Origin: Ignicoccus hospitalis KIN4/I
Lineage (GTDB): Archaea > Thermoproteota > Thermoprotei_A > Sulfolobales > Ignicoccaceae
Length of the DNA: 32,000 nt
Assembly: GCF_000017945.1 (NCBI RefSeq)
Contig: NC_009776.1
Coordinates: forward strand, 300,001-332,000
Direction of reading: 5' to 3'
In this document: positions 18,283 to 26,800 of the stretch, one piece after another
How positions within the stretch are numbered: position 1 is the first letter of the stretch
Layout of the letters: every line of letters starts with the position of its first letter
Position numbers and translations under genes: made by a program
The notes under the pieces: generated by a model
The model's database searches: none
Told to the model about the DNA's origin: nothing
The model's input: the letters and a program-made list of their open reading frames with translations, nothing else

Positions 18283-18374
18283 CGAGGCCGGTTACCAAAA
18301 GAGGTTTTTCTGGTTTTAGGGACGATGAGGAACCGATAGGGCTCTGAGCGGTGAGGAGTCCCACGGTCGCCGAG

Positions 18375-19964
18375 TCAGCCCAGCTTGACATAGCCCCCGG
18401 GCGCGGCGGCCTTGGCTAACTCCTCCGCTACCACGTTTCTTATCAACATCACCAGCACTGAGTAGTTGGAGAGCAGGCGCTCGGCCACCATCTTATCGAT
18501 CTTGTACTTCTCTATCAAGTTGTTGTACAAGGCTTCCAGTATCTCCGGCCTGTTCAACAGCTCTACCATTATCAAAGTTAAGTTGGACTTAAACGCTTCG
18601 AACTTGTCCTCCAACGAGTTCAACCTCGAGACGGTCGTGTTGAGGATTTCCCTGGTCTTTAAACTCTCCAGCCTCAGTTTCTCTATATTGTTCTTGATTT
18701 CGGTTAATTCCTTGGAGATGGAAGTTTGATTCGAGATTACTTGGGCTAACGTAGCGTTGAGCCTAGCGTACCCAGACTTCAAATTAGCTATTTCCTCCTC
18801 TACCTTCTTTATTTCCGACAACTTCGCCCTGAGTTCTTCCAGGTAGCTGGACACTTTCTTTAAGCTTTCTAACTCCTTCTTCACTGCGTTCAGCTCTTCC
18901 CTCGCGGTCCCAAGCTCCAACGCTAAGTTGGTTACGTTGGATATAAGGATCTTCAAGTCCTCTTTGGTTGCGAATGTCGCTTGGGCTACCTCTAAGTCCT
19001 TCACTTCCTTGTAAAGTTCGTTCAAGCTCTTCTCTAAGGTCTCTACCTTAGGCACGAACGAGGTCAGCTTCAACTCCAACTCTGAGGCGCGCTTCGCGAA
19101 GGTCTGGTTGAGCGCTTCTAACGAGGTCTTGAGCTGGTCCAAGGTCCTTTGCATTTCTATTACGGCGGAACTCAAGGACGCCATCTCTCCCTTAGTCTTC
19201 ATTAGGTCCGTCTTCGTCTTGTTAAGTTCTATGTTAAGGGCTATAATCTTCGTATTGAACTGGTCTTTGAGTTTGTTCAAGTTTTCATTTAATGACTTAT
19301 ATTCCTTCATAATTTGCGTTAGCTGATTCCTCAAGCCTTTTATCTGGGCCTCGAAGGCGCGTTCCAGCTCGTCCAACCTATTCATTATTGTGCTGCTCTC
19401 ATTCTTCAAGAGCTCGACGTCTTTCAACTTTAGGTTTATAGGTATTCCTTGTACTAGTCCAACTAGCGTTCCTAGCGCTAAAGCGGAGAGCGCGAGGGAT
19501 ATTATAGATAAAACGATTGGTGCCTTACTGGTCTTGGTAACTACCTTGACCTCGCGGATCGGTGCCTTAGGGGCTTCGGCAACCGTCCCGAGGGGTCCCT
19601 GCTCTGGAGTTCCCGGAGGGGCCTCCGGCTCCGGAGGGGGAGGAGGAGAAGGAGGGGCCTTCTCTAGGGTCTCCTCTACGAACGGCTTGGCCTCCTCTTC
19701 CTCCTCCCCTCCCATACCCCTCAGGGCGTCGGCCGTCTTGTTCAAGCCCACTCTCTCCGCCTTCTCGGCCAGCTCTTGGGACTTCAACCTCTGTTTGCTT
19801 ATCTGCTCGGCCAAGCTCTGGTCCAAGGCAGCCTTCTCTTCCTCGTCCAACTTTGGGTACTTGTTCTCGGAAACCAATTCCAATATGTTGTTTATGCAGT
19901 TTACGTCGAACCTCTCACAGCCGGCGTCTTCCATCAATATCCGGAGCACGTCCACTACCATCAC
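18375..19964 (-). CDS. bitopic membrane protein with a long extracytoplasmic coiled coil
   Basis: 529 aa. It has an N-terminal domain of about 100 aa and a Pro-rich linker PPSPPPPPEPEAPPGTPEQGP. A single TM follows (aa ~149-172, nt 19449-19520). Then comes about 320 aa of heptad-like K/E/L/N-rich sequence carrying 9 N-x-S/T sequons. Confidence 0.8.
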   Translation of the reverse strand: MMVVDVLRILMEDAGCERFDVNCINNILELVSENKYPKLDEEEKAALDQSLAEQISKQRLKSQELAEKAERVGLNKTADALRGMGGEEEEEAKPFVEETLEKAPPSPPPPPEPEAPPGTPEQGPLGTVAEAPKAPIREVKVVTKTSKAPIVLSIISLALSALALGTLVGLVQGIPINLKLKDVELLKNESSTIMNRLDELERAFEAQIKGLRNQLTQIMKEYKSLNENLNKLKDQFNTKIIALNIELNKTKTDLMKTKGEMASLSSAVIEMQRTLDQLKTSLEALNQTFAKRASELELKLTSFVPKVETLEKSLNELYKEVKDLEVAQATFATKEDLKILISNVTNLALELGTAREELNAVKKELESLKKVSSYLEELRAKLSEIKKVEEEIANLKSGYARLNATLAQVISNQTSISKELTEIKNNIEKLRLESLKTREILNTTVSRLNSLEDKFEAFKSNLTLIMVELLNRPEILEALYNNLIEKYKIDKMVAERLLSNYSVLVMLIRNVVAEELAKAAAPGGYVKLG

Positions 19965-19965
19965 C

Positions 19966-20622
19966 TCAGAACCCGAACTCCGCTTGGAAGCTGGCCTCCT
20001 CGGCGCCGGAGGTGATAACGGTTAAACCTATGCTGCTGCTCGCCACCGCCACCAAGAACGGGTCCGTAAAGCACATGGGCTTCAACGCATTGGAGCTCCC
20101 CCTGGCAGCCGCAGCGGCGAAGGCGGGGAGGTCGTTGAGCACATCTTCCAAGTTAACGTAGATGGGCGAGGAGCAGACCCCCTCTACGCCGTTAACTATA
20201 GTTTTCAGCTCTATGGCGTCGGGGACCTTCTGGAAGTCCCTTACGTCGCACATGTTAATGAGGTCTACAGTCTTCCCCTCTAAAGTTATTTTCGGCTCGC
20301 CCCCGCTCTCGACCTCGGCGTTTTCGTACGCGTTTATCGCCATCTTAGCAGCCTCCGCAGCTATCGCGGACAAGTAGGAGGGCCCCCTCAAGGGCTTGGG
20401 GGTGGGGAGCTTGGTCTGGACCTCGACCACGCCCATGTAGTCCGGGCTCTCCACGTCCAAGAATATGGCTATGGTAAAGTCAGACAAGTTCTTGACGTAT
20501 ATCGCGGCGCTCACGTCCATCCCCAGGAGGTTTATGGTCCTCCACATGTCCCTCGCTCCGGTGCAGCCGGTGCCGTCCTTCTTCACGAAGCCCACTCGGC
20601 GCGTGAATATCTGGGCGCTCAA
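19966..20622 (-). CDS. hypothetical soluble protein, first gene of the coiled-coil operon
   Basis: 218-aa ORF with a TTG start and no TM segment. Its stop lies 1 nt from the start of the coiled-coil gene. No family recognised. Confidence 0.6.
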   Translation of the reverse strand: MSAQIFTRRVGFVKKDGTGCTGARDMWRTINLLGMDVSAAIYVKNLSDFTIAIFLDVESPDYMGVVEVQTKLPTPKPLRGPSYLSAIAAEAAKMAINAYENAEVESGGEPKITLEGKTVDLINMCDVRDFQKVPDAIELKTIVNGVEGVCSSPIYVNLEDVLNDLPAFAAAAARGSSNALKPMCFTDPFLVAVASSSIGLTVITSGAEEASFQAEFGF

Positions 20623-20647
20623 AATCGGGCCCCGAGGTGCGTTGCTC

Positions 20648-20661
20648 TTAAGATATATTTA
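20648..20661. promoter_or_regulatory. TATA-like element (ttaagatatattta) in a divergent intergenic region
   Basis: Lies 26-39 nt upstream of the TTG start at 20622 (minus strand). It is the only AT-rich block between that gene and the Zn-ribbon gene at 20726. Confidence 0.35.
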
Positions 20662-20725
20662 CGGTTAGTTCTCAAGACTTATTACCCCTTGGATCCCTAC
20701 CTCCCCTCAGCTGGGTGGTGCTGGA

Positions 20726-20995
20726 TTGAGCGTCACGTTTTGTCCCAAGTGTAAGGCACTGATGCAAGTGGTCAGAAAGGACGGTAAGGTGGTACTCAAG
20801 TGTCCTAGGTGCGGCTACGAGGTGGAGGTGAAGAAGCCCGCCAGGATAGTGAGGGCCGTGGAAAAGGACAAGCACATAATAACAACTTCCAAAGTAGTGA
20901 AGGCCGAGGAGAGGAGGACCCTGACGGAAGAAGAGAAAGAGATGCTGCAAGACTACTACAGAGACATCTTCCTGGAGAACTTCGGCGGGGAGTGA
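20726..20995 (+). CDS. small Zn-ribbon protein (TFS/Rpb9 N-terminal-type C4 ribbon only)
   Basis: FCPKCKALMQVVRKDGKVVLKCPRCGYE is a CxxC-x15-CxxC ribbon like the N-terminal ribbon of TFS/RpoM. The remaining ~55 aa are charged and helical, with no second ribbon. Confidence 0.6.
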   Translation: MSVTFCPKCKALMQVVRKDGKVVLKCPRCGYEVEVKKPARIVRAVEKDKHIITTSKVVKAEERRTLTEEEKEMLQDYYRDIFLENFGGE

Positions 20996-21034
20996 GTTTT
21001 TGCTTCCTCCCCGAAGGGGTTAGGGGAGCTAGAG

Positions 21035-21334
21035 ATGAACCCCCTCGCCGCGTTGTTAGCCTTCATACTTACCGTAATGTTCCTGGAGAGCGGCCACTTC
21101 GAAATACTATTGGTCCTCCTCATAGCTATCGGGGCCTTGCCCCCCGAGCACGCGGCCGCGCTGGCGAGGAGGCTCGGCAAGCTGTATTACGAAGTTAACA
21201 AGGCTCTGGACTCCTTAACTAAGGGCGGGCCGGCGGAGTGGCTGGGTAAGGTGGGCTATTGGAGGGCCAAGAGGGCGGCCGGCGCACTAAAAGGGAGCCC
21301 TTATGAGGTCCTAAAGGAGACCAAGAGGCCTTGA
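21035..21334 (+). CDS. small membrane protein (two predicted hydrophobic helices)
   Basis: ATG start. PLAALLAFILTVMFL and FEILLVLLIAIGAL are followed by a basic tail. Its stop overlaps the TTG start of the radical SAM gene. Confidence 0.5.
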   Translation: MNPLAALLAFILTVMFLESGHFEILLVLLIAIGALPPEHAAALARRLGKLYYEVNKALDSLTKGGPAEWLGKVGYWRAKRAAGALKGSPYEVLKETKRP

Positions 21335-22596
21335 AGCCCCTATACGTACACTTGTTGAGGAAGGACACTAAGTACAGCGCGTATTCGGTAGTGGCGATAG
21401 TGGAGAGCTCCGGCTTTGAGGCTACCTTGGTCAAGGACCCGGCCCAAGCGCTGGAGCTAGCTAAGAAGAGGCCAGTGGTCTTCGGGGTTTCTCTCATGAC
21501 CACCGACCTCCTCGACGAGAACCTCTTAAGGTGGATCAAGGCGCTGAAGGGGAAGGCCTTCTTGGTGGCCGGGGGGCCCCACGCGACTGGGGACCCTTGG
21601 GGCACCTTGAACTTGGGCTTCGACGCGGCCGTCCACGGGGAGGCGGAGGAGACCTTACCGGAGCTGCTGAGGGCCCTCGAGGAGGGCTCGGACTGGAGGA
21701 GGGTTAAAGGGGTATACAGCGACGAGGGCTTCTCCGGCCCCAGGGGGTTGGCGGACCTAGACCGCTACCCCCCGTGGCCTCACTGGAGGGGGCTGGTCGG
21801 GCCGATAGAGATAACTAGGGGCTGTCCCTTCGCTTGTTCCTATTGTCAAACTACCTTTATGTTCAAAGCTTTTGTAAGGCATCGATCTATAGAAAACGTA
21901 ATCAAGTATGCCTCAATAATGAGGGATATGGGACTGAAGGACATGAGGTTCATAACGCCTAACGCTCTCTCCTACGGAGGGGACGGCAGGAGGCCTAACT
22001 TGGAGGCGGTGGAGGAGCTCTTAGCGAGGCTAAAGAAGCTGGGCGTGAGGACCTTCTTCGGCTCCTTCCCGAGCGAGGTGAGGCCGGAGTTCGTAAACGA
22101 GGAGAGCATAAAGATCTTGAAGAAGTACGTCAGCAACAAGAGGCTGGTCATAGGTGCCCAGAGCGCCTCCGACGCGGTCCTCAAGAGGATCCACAGGGGG
22201 CACGCTTGGGAGGACGTGGTAAACGCGGTGGAGGTGAGCGTCAAACACGGCTTCGTCCCGGAGGTGGACTTCATACTCGGGCTTCCGGGGGAGAGCGAGG
22301 AGGACATGATGGAGACCTTGAGGGGGATGAGGAAGTTAGCTTCCATGGGCGCTAGGGCACACTTGCACTACTTCATGCCCCTCCCCGGGACCCCCCTCGC
22401 GTACGCCGACCCGACCCCGCTCCCGGAGAGGGTGCGGAAGGAGGTCGCCAAGCTCGTGGGCGAGGGCAAGGGCTGGGGGCAGTGGTTAAAGCAAGAGGAG
22501 GTCTCTTGGAAGATAGTGGAGCTCCGTAGGAAGGGGGTGATCCTCCCCAAGAGGAGGGCACTCATTTCCTCCCCCGGCCTTCCAGCGAGGGGCTGA
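21331..22596 (+). CDS. radical SAM protein with an N-terminal B12-binding-like domain
   Basis: ITRGCPFACSYCQ (CxxxCxxC). A Rossmann-like N-terminal region with GGPHATG precedes it. 421 aa. Confidence 0.85.
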   Translation: MKPLYVHLLRKDTKYSAYSVVAIVESSGFEATLVKDPAQALELAKKRPVVFGVSLMTTDLLDENLLRWIKALKGKAFLVAGGPHATGDPWGTLNLGFDAAVHGEAEETLPELLRALEEGSDWRRVKGVYSDEGFSGPRGLADLDRYPPWPHWRGLVGPIEITRGCPFACSYCQTTFMFKAFVRHRSIENVIKYASIMRDMGLKDMRFITPNALSYGGDGRRPNLEAVEELLARLKKLGVRTFFGSFPSEVRPEFVNEESIKILKKYVSNKRLVIGAQSASDAVLKRIHRGHAWEDVVNAVEVSVKHGFVPEVDFILGLPGESEEDMMETLRGMRKLASMGARAHLHYFMPLPGTPLAYADPTPLPERVRKEVAKLVGEGKGWGQWLKQEEVSWKIVELRRKGVILPKRRALISSPGLPARG

Positions 22597-22626
22597 GGGC
22601 TGCTGCTGGACCACAAGAGGCTCAAG

Positions 22627-23802
22627 GTGGAGGGAGGCAAGTACTTGGAGGTCACCGGGCCGGCAGCGGTGAGGTTAGTAAGGGGCAGCGCGGTCCTAAT
22701 GGGGAAGACGTTAGAGGAGAACGACGTCATAGTGGTTCCCCAGTGGAGGACTTACGCGTTCAAGGCTATAAAGGACTCCGAGCTGGACGTTTCAATTACA
22801 TCGACGACGAAGGTAGAAATTAAGGACAAGAACGTTATGGACGAGTGGGTAAAGGGGCTCTCGAAGATCGTGGGAGCGAAGAGGGTTGTGATACTGGGCC
22901 CCACGGACTCCGGGAAGAGCAGCGCGACTGCAACCTTAGTTAACATGAATTTGAACGAGGGCTACGAGGTCAGCGTGGTGGACAGCGACGTTGGCCAGAG
23001 CAACTTGTGCTTCCCCACTATGGTGTGCAAGGCGAAGGTCAAGGGTTACGTCTTCACGTTGAGCGACTTGGAGGCCGAGGAGCAACGCTTTACCGGCACC
23101 ATAACCCCGGCGGTGGAGAAGAGCCGGATAATCTCCTCCGTCTCTTCCCTCTCCAAGGGGAGGGTAATAGTTGACACCGACGGGTGGGTGGACGGCTTCG
23201 AGGCCGGCTGCTACAAGCACGAGCTCCTCCGGGCGGTCTCGCCGGAGGTCGTTGTTTACATGGGTAAGGCCCCCTGGTGGGCCAAGGGCCCTTGGGAGCT
23301 GGTGGAGCTTCCCCCCTCCACGGGCAAGGAGAGGAGTAGGAACGACAGGAGGAGCATAAGGAAAAATAAGTACAGGAAGGCCCTAGAGGGGTGCAAGACT
23401 AAGGACATAGACCTAACTAAGGTTAACGCACTCATGTCCGTTATATTCAACAACCCGTGGGGCGACGAGGTCCTTAAGGAGGGCGTGAAGGAGCTCATAG
23501 GGGTCAAGCCGTTATTGGTGGTGCCTTGGGGCAACAAGGTAGTCGCCGTAATAAAGAGGGGCTTGAAGTACAAGAAAGTACCGAACGTCGAGGTGCTGGA
23601 GGAGGGCGAGGAGAGGGGGCTGTTGGTAGGCTTGGGGGACGGCTCCGGCAACGAGCGGCTGGGCGTCGTGGTGAAGATAGACCACTTGAAGAAAGTTATG
23701 AAAGTAAAGACTTGTATGGAGGAAGAGCCCCTTTACGTTATATTCGGGAGGGTCAAGCTCGAAGAGGACTACAGCGACAAGGTTGTAAAAAAGCCCTTTT
23801 AG
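22627..23802 (+). CDS. Clp1/Grc3-family polynucleotide 5'-hydroxyl kinase
   Basis: P-loop ILGPTDSGKSS followed by VSVVDSDVGQS (the Clp1 DxDxGQ motif), preceded by an N-terminal beta domain. Confidence 0.75.
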   Translation: MEGGKYLEVTGPAAVRLVRGSAVLMGKTLEENDVIVVPQWRTYAFKAIKDSELDVSITSTTKVEIKDKNVMDEWVKGLSKIVGAKRVVILGPTDSGKSSATATLVNMNLNEGYEVSVVDSDVGQSNLCFPTMVCKAKVKGYVFTLSDLEAEEQRFTGTITPAVEKSRIISSVSSLSKGRVIVDTDGWVDGFEAGCYKHELLRAVSPEVVVYMGKAPWWAKGPWELVELPPSTGKERSRNDRRSIRKNKYRKALEGCKTKDIDLTKVNALMSVIFNNPWGDEVLKEGVKELIGVKPLLVVPWGNKVVAVIKRGLKYKKVPNVEVLEEGEERGLLVGLGDGSGNERLGVVVKIDHLKKVMKVKTCMEEEPLYVIFGRVKLEEDYSDKVVKKPF

Positions 23803-26800
23803 CTACACTTGACGCAGTAAGGCCCGTTGACCAGCACGTGCCAGTTCGCCTTGTTTATCATTATTATGCTCGTGCCGTTCAGTTCGCTGGGCTTGGTCAA
23901 AGAGCTCCAAGTCAGTATAGCATCAACGTTCTTAGAGGTGTTGTTTGCGTAGCTCCTCATGATCACTATCAGCGGAGGTACCGCGCCGTAGTCGTCGTTG
24001 CTCAGCCCTATCACGAAGGACTTCACGTCGTCAACCTTCGTCGTCATGTTGTTGAACGTAATCAAGTAGTCGTCAGTCAGCGAGACGGCCAGCGTCAAGT
24101 TGTTATAGTAGTTAGTGACGTTCGTTGATAAGAGCTCTGCGGTCTTGTTGAACGCTACCGCGTTCCACTTGTCCGCGCTGCTGACCGGCAAGTTGAGCTT
24201 GGCCGCGAAGACTGTCGGCAAGCCGGAGGTGGAGTTGTGCCAAGCTAGTTCGCCGTTCCAGAAAGCCGCCACCGTTACGTTGGTCATGAAGTCAGTGTAG
24301 TTGTAGAACGGATTCTTGGTGGTGGCGTAGGAGCCGTACTCGTTCAGCTGCAATGACGTCAAGTTGCCCAGCACGTCCACTTGGAGGGTGGCGTTGTAGG
24401 GCCCGGTGACATTGATTACCGCGTATCCCTTGCTCTTGACGTATACGATTGGCGCGTCCACCTTCGGAGAGTACACGTCTGGCACTTCCACGGTTACGTA
24501 GTCGTCCAGCGGTATCTTCGGTAAAGTCCTCACGAACATGTAGTAGTAAACCCTGTCGTCCGTGCCAAGCTTGCTTACGGTTGTAGCGTTGTTCCTGTCA
24601 GCGTAGCTGAAGCCTATGTACTTCACTTGGTCAGGCAACAGCTGGCTATACTCGACTTTCAGCTTGTATGCCGAAAGGTCGAGCGTGCCGTAGTAGAACA
24701 GCTCGCCCAGGGGACCGTTCTCGTGTATGTTGAAGTACACAGCCGGCGTGCTGAGGTCATACTTCACCACGTTGTAGTATACCTTGTCCGGGGAGCTGAG
24801 CTTGTATGCCGGCTCGCTGGCGTACTCTACCAAGTAGGACCTCCAAGCGTTGGACCAGAAGCCGTTCCTCGAGGTCACGAAGCGGTGCCAGTCGTCCACG
24901 TCCTCGTAGAGCATCCACTTCAACCAGCTCTTGCCGTCGCTCACCGCCCCGGGGACGTAGGGGTAGATTATGTTCCAACCGCCGAAGTAGTCGCCGTAGC
25001 TGCCGCCGTTCATGCCCACCCTAACTTCGTAGAAGCTCCCCCTCGGCACTTCCGGCCACAGCCAGAAGTTCCATACCACCCTTTGACTGAGCCAAGTGCT
25101 GTTTAGTACTATGCCGTTCCTCTGGGCGTTGATTATGCCGGCCCTTACGGTCTCAGCCGCCTTCCAGAGCGGCGTACAAGTCACCACGCCGGGCTCCCCG
25201 TTCAGCGGCGCGCCGTAGATGGTCGACTTGACCACTTGTAAGCCCTTGACTATGGTTGCATTTATTTGGCCCACCAGCGGCAAGCAGCCGTCGCTATTGG
25301 AGTAGTCGTAGAGCTGCGGGAAGCTGATCCTCGGTCTGCCCAAGCGGTAGGGGTACCAGTACAGCATGTACACCTTCGCCTTCTCTTTGCCAGCCCCGGC
25401 TACGTATGCGTAGAGCCCGTGCGCGTCGGGCTCGAGCGTGTAAGCGTAAACCGGAGGGCACTGAGCCGCGTCGTAGGCCTCGAAGCACTGGAACGCCGTC
25501 TGCAAGCTGTCGAAGCTGTCTCCGTACACGGTTACGTTGTATATCACTCCGGAGAACGCTGCCATGGTCTCTTCGTCTATGTTGTAGTCGTAGTACCTGC
25601 TTGCGTCCGATATCACGAAGGCCGGAGTATTACCGTTAAACAACTCGTACATTAAGGAAGCTAGGCCCCCTCCACTGCTAACTTGGTTTATCTCACTCAG
25701 AACGTCGCCCAAGACCGGGGAGGGCGGCAACGAGCCCTCGAGCGTTTCCAAGGACTTGACGTATACCTCCCACTTATCGGTGGCGTTGTTGAAGGTGGCG
25801 ACTATCATGTACTTCTTCCCGGGGACCAGCGTGGTGGGTGCCACAGCCTTGGGTATTATCCTATAGCCGTAATTAGTTATCTGGAACAGCGCCGGCGCGC
25901 CTCTGTAAATCGCCAGCATCCAGCCAGTGCCAGTAGTTGGGTCCGTTTGGTAAGCTATGGGGAACAGCCAGTAGCCGACGTAAGGCGCTCTGATGAAGAA
26001 GCTGTCGTCACGCCAAGTGGGGTCTATGTAGTAGTTCAGCTGGTCCTCGTCGGCGAAGTTGAAGGCCCCGTCCCACCTCACTACGGCCACCACGCTGAAG
26101 GAGTTCCTGTTCGCGACGAAGTTAAGCTTGTTCTGCGGGTCATCGAACACAACTCCGGTCATGGTGAAGGCGTAGCCGGGGAAGTTCCAAGTCCAAGAGT
26201 AGCTATCTAGCTCCACCCTCGCTCCGTAGAAGTCAACGTAGACCGGGAACACCTCCCTCGGGTCGGAGGCGCCGTTCTCCCCTACCAGTACGGTGAGCGT
26301 CACCTTTCCGCCGGCCGGCAAGTAGGGCACCTTGACCCAGACGTAGCCGTCGCTCCTCGCGGGCCCATTCCTTTGTACGGGGACGCTGGTGCAGTTGCCC
26401 ACGACGGTCTCGTAGCAGAACTTCACGGGCGCGCCCAGCTCGTCTATGATGGTTATGGGGGTGGCGTTCAGCTGTGCCGGTAACTTGACCCTAATCACTT
26501 GGTCGAACAGCGCCTCGGAGTTGGGGTTCTCTATGGTTATCTTATAGCTCCTAACGGTGCTGTCCACCGGATACTGGAGGCCCAAGAACTTCAGCCCGGA
26601 GGCCGTGGTAACATTGACCGCGTAGGTGGTAGTTAGGTTGGCGGCGGGGGCGTAACAGACGTCGTAGCCGCTGAAGCTCGCGCACGGGTAGGCCAGCCCG
26701 GGGAACTTTACCTCGTGCTCTAAGATCTTGCCGTCGAACGGGGTCCCGTCGGAGCCCTTGGGGTACTGCCCGGCTATGCCTAGGTAAAGGCAGACCACCG

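Noticed and set aside
18320-18350. GATGAG ... CTGA pair suggesting a C/D-box sRNA in the fbp upstream spacer
   Set aside because: The boxes are only about 17 nt apart. The C box is imperfect, and there are no C'/D' boxes or terminal stem. The region is better explained as the fbp promoter and the 3' flank of the coiled-coil gene.
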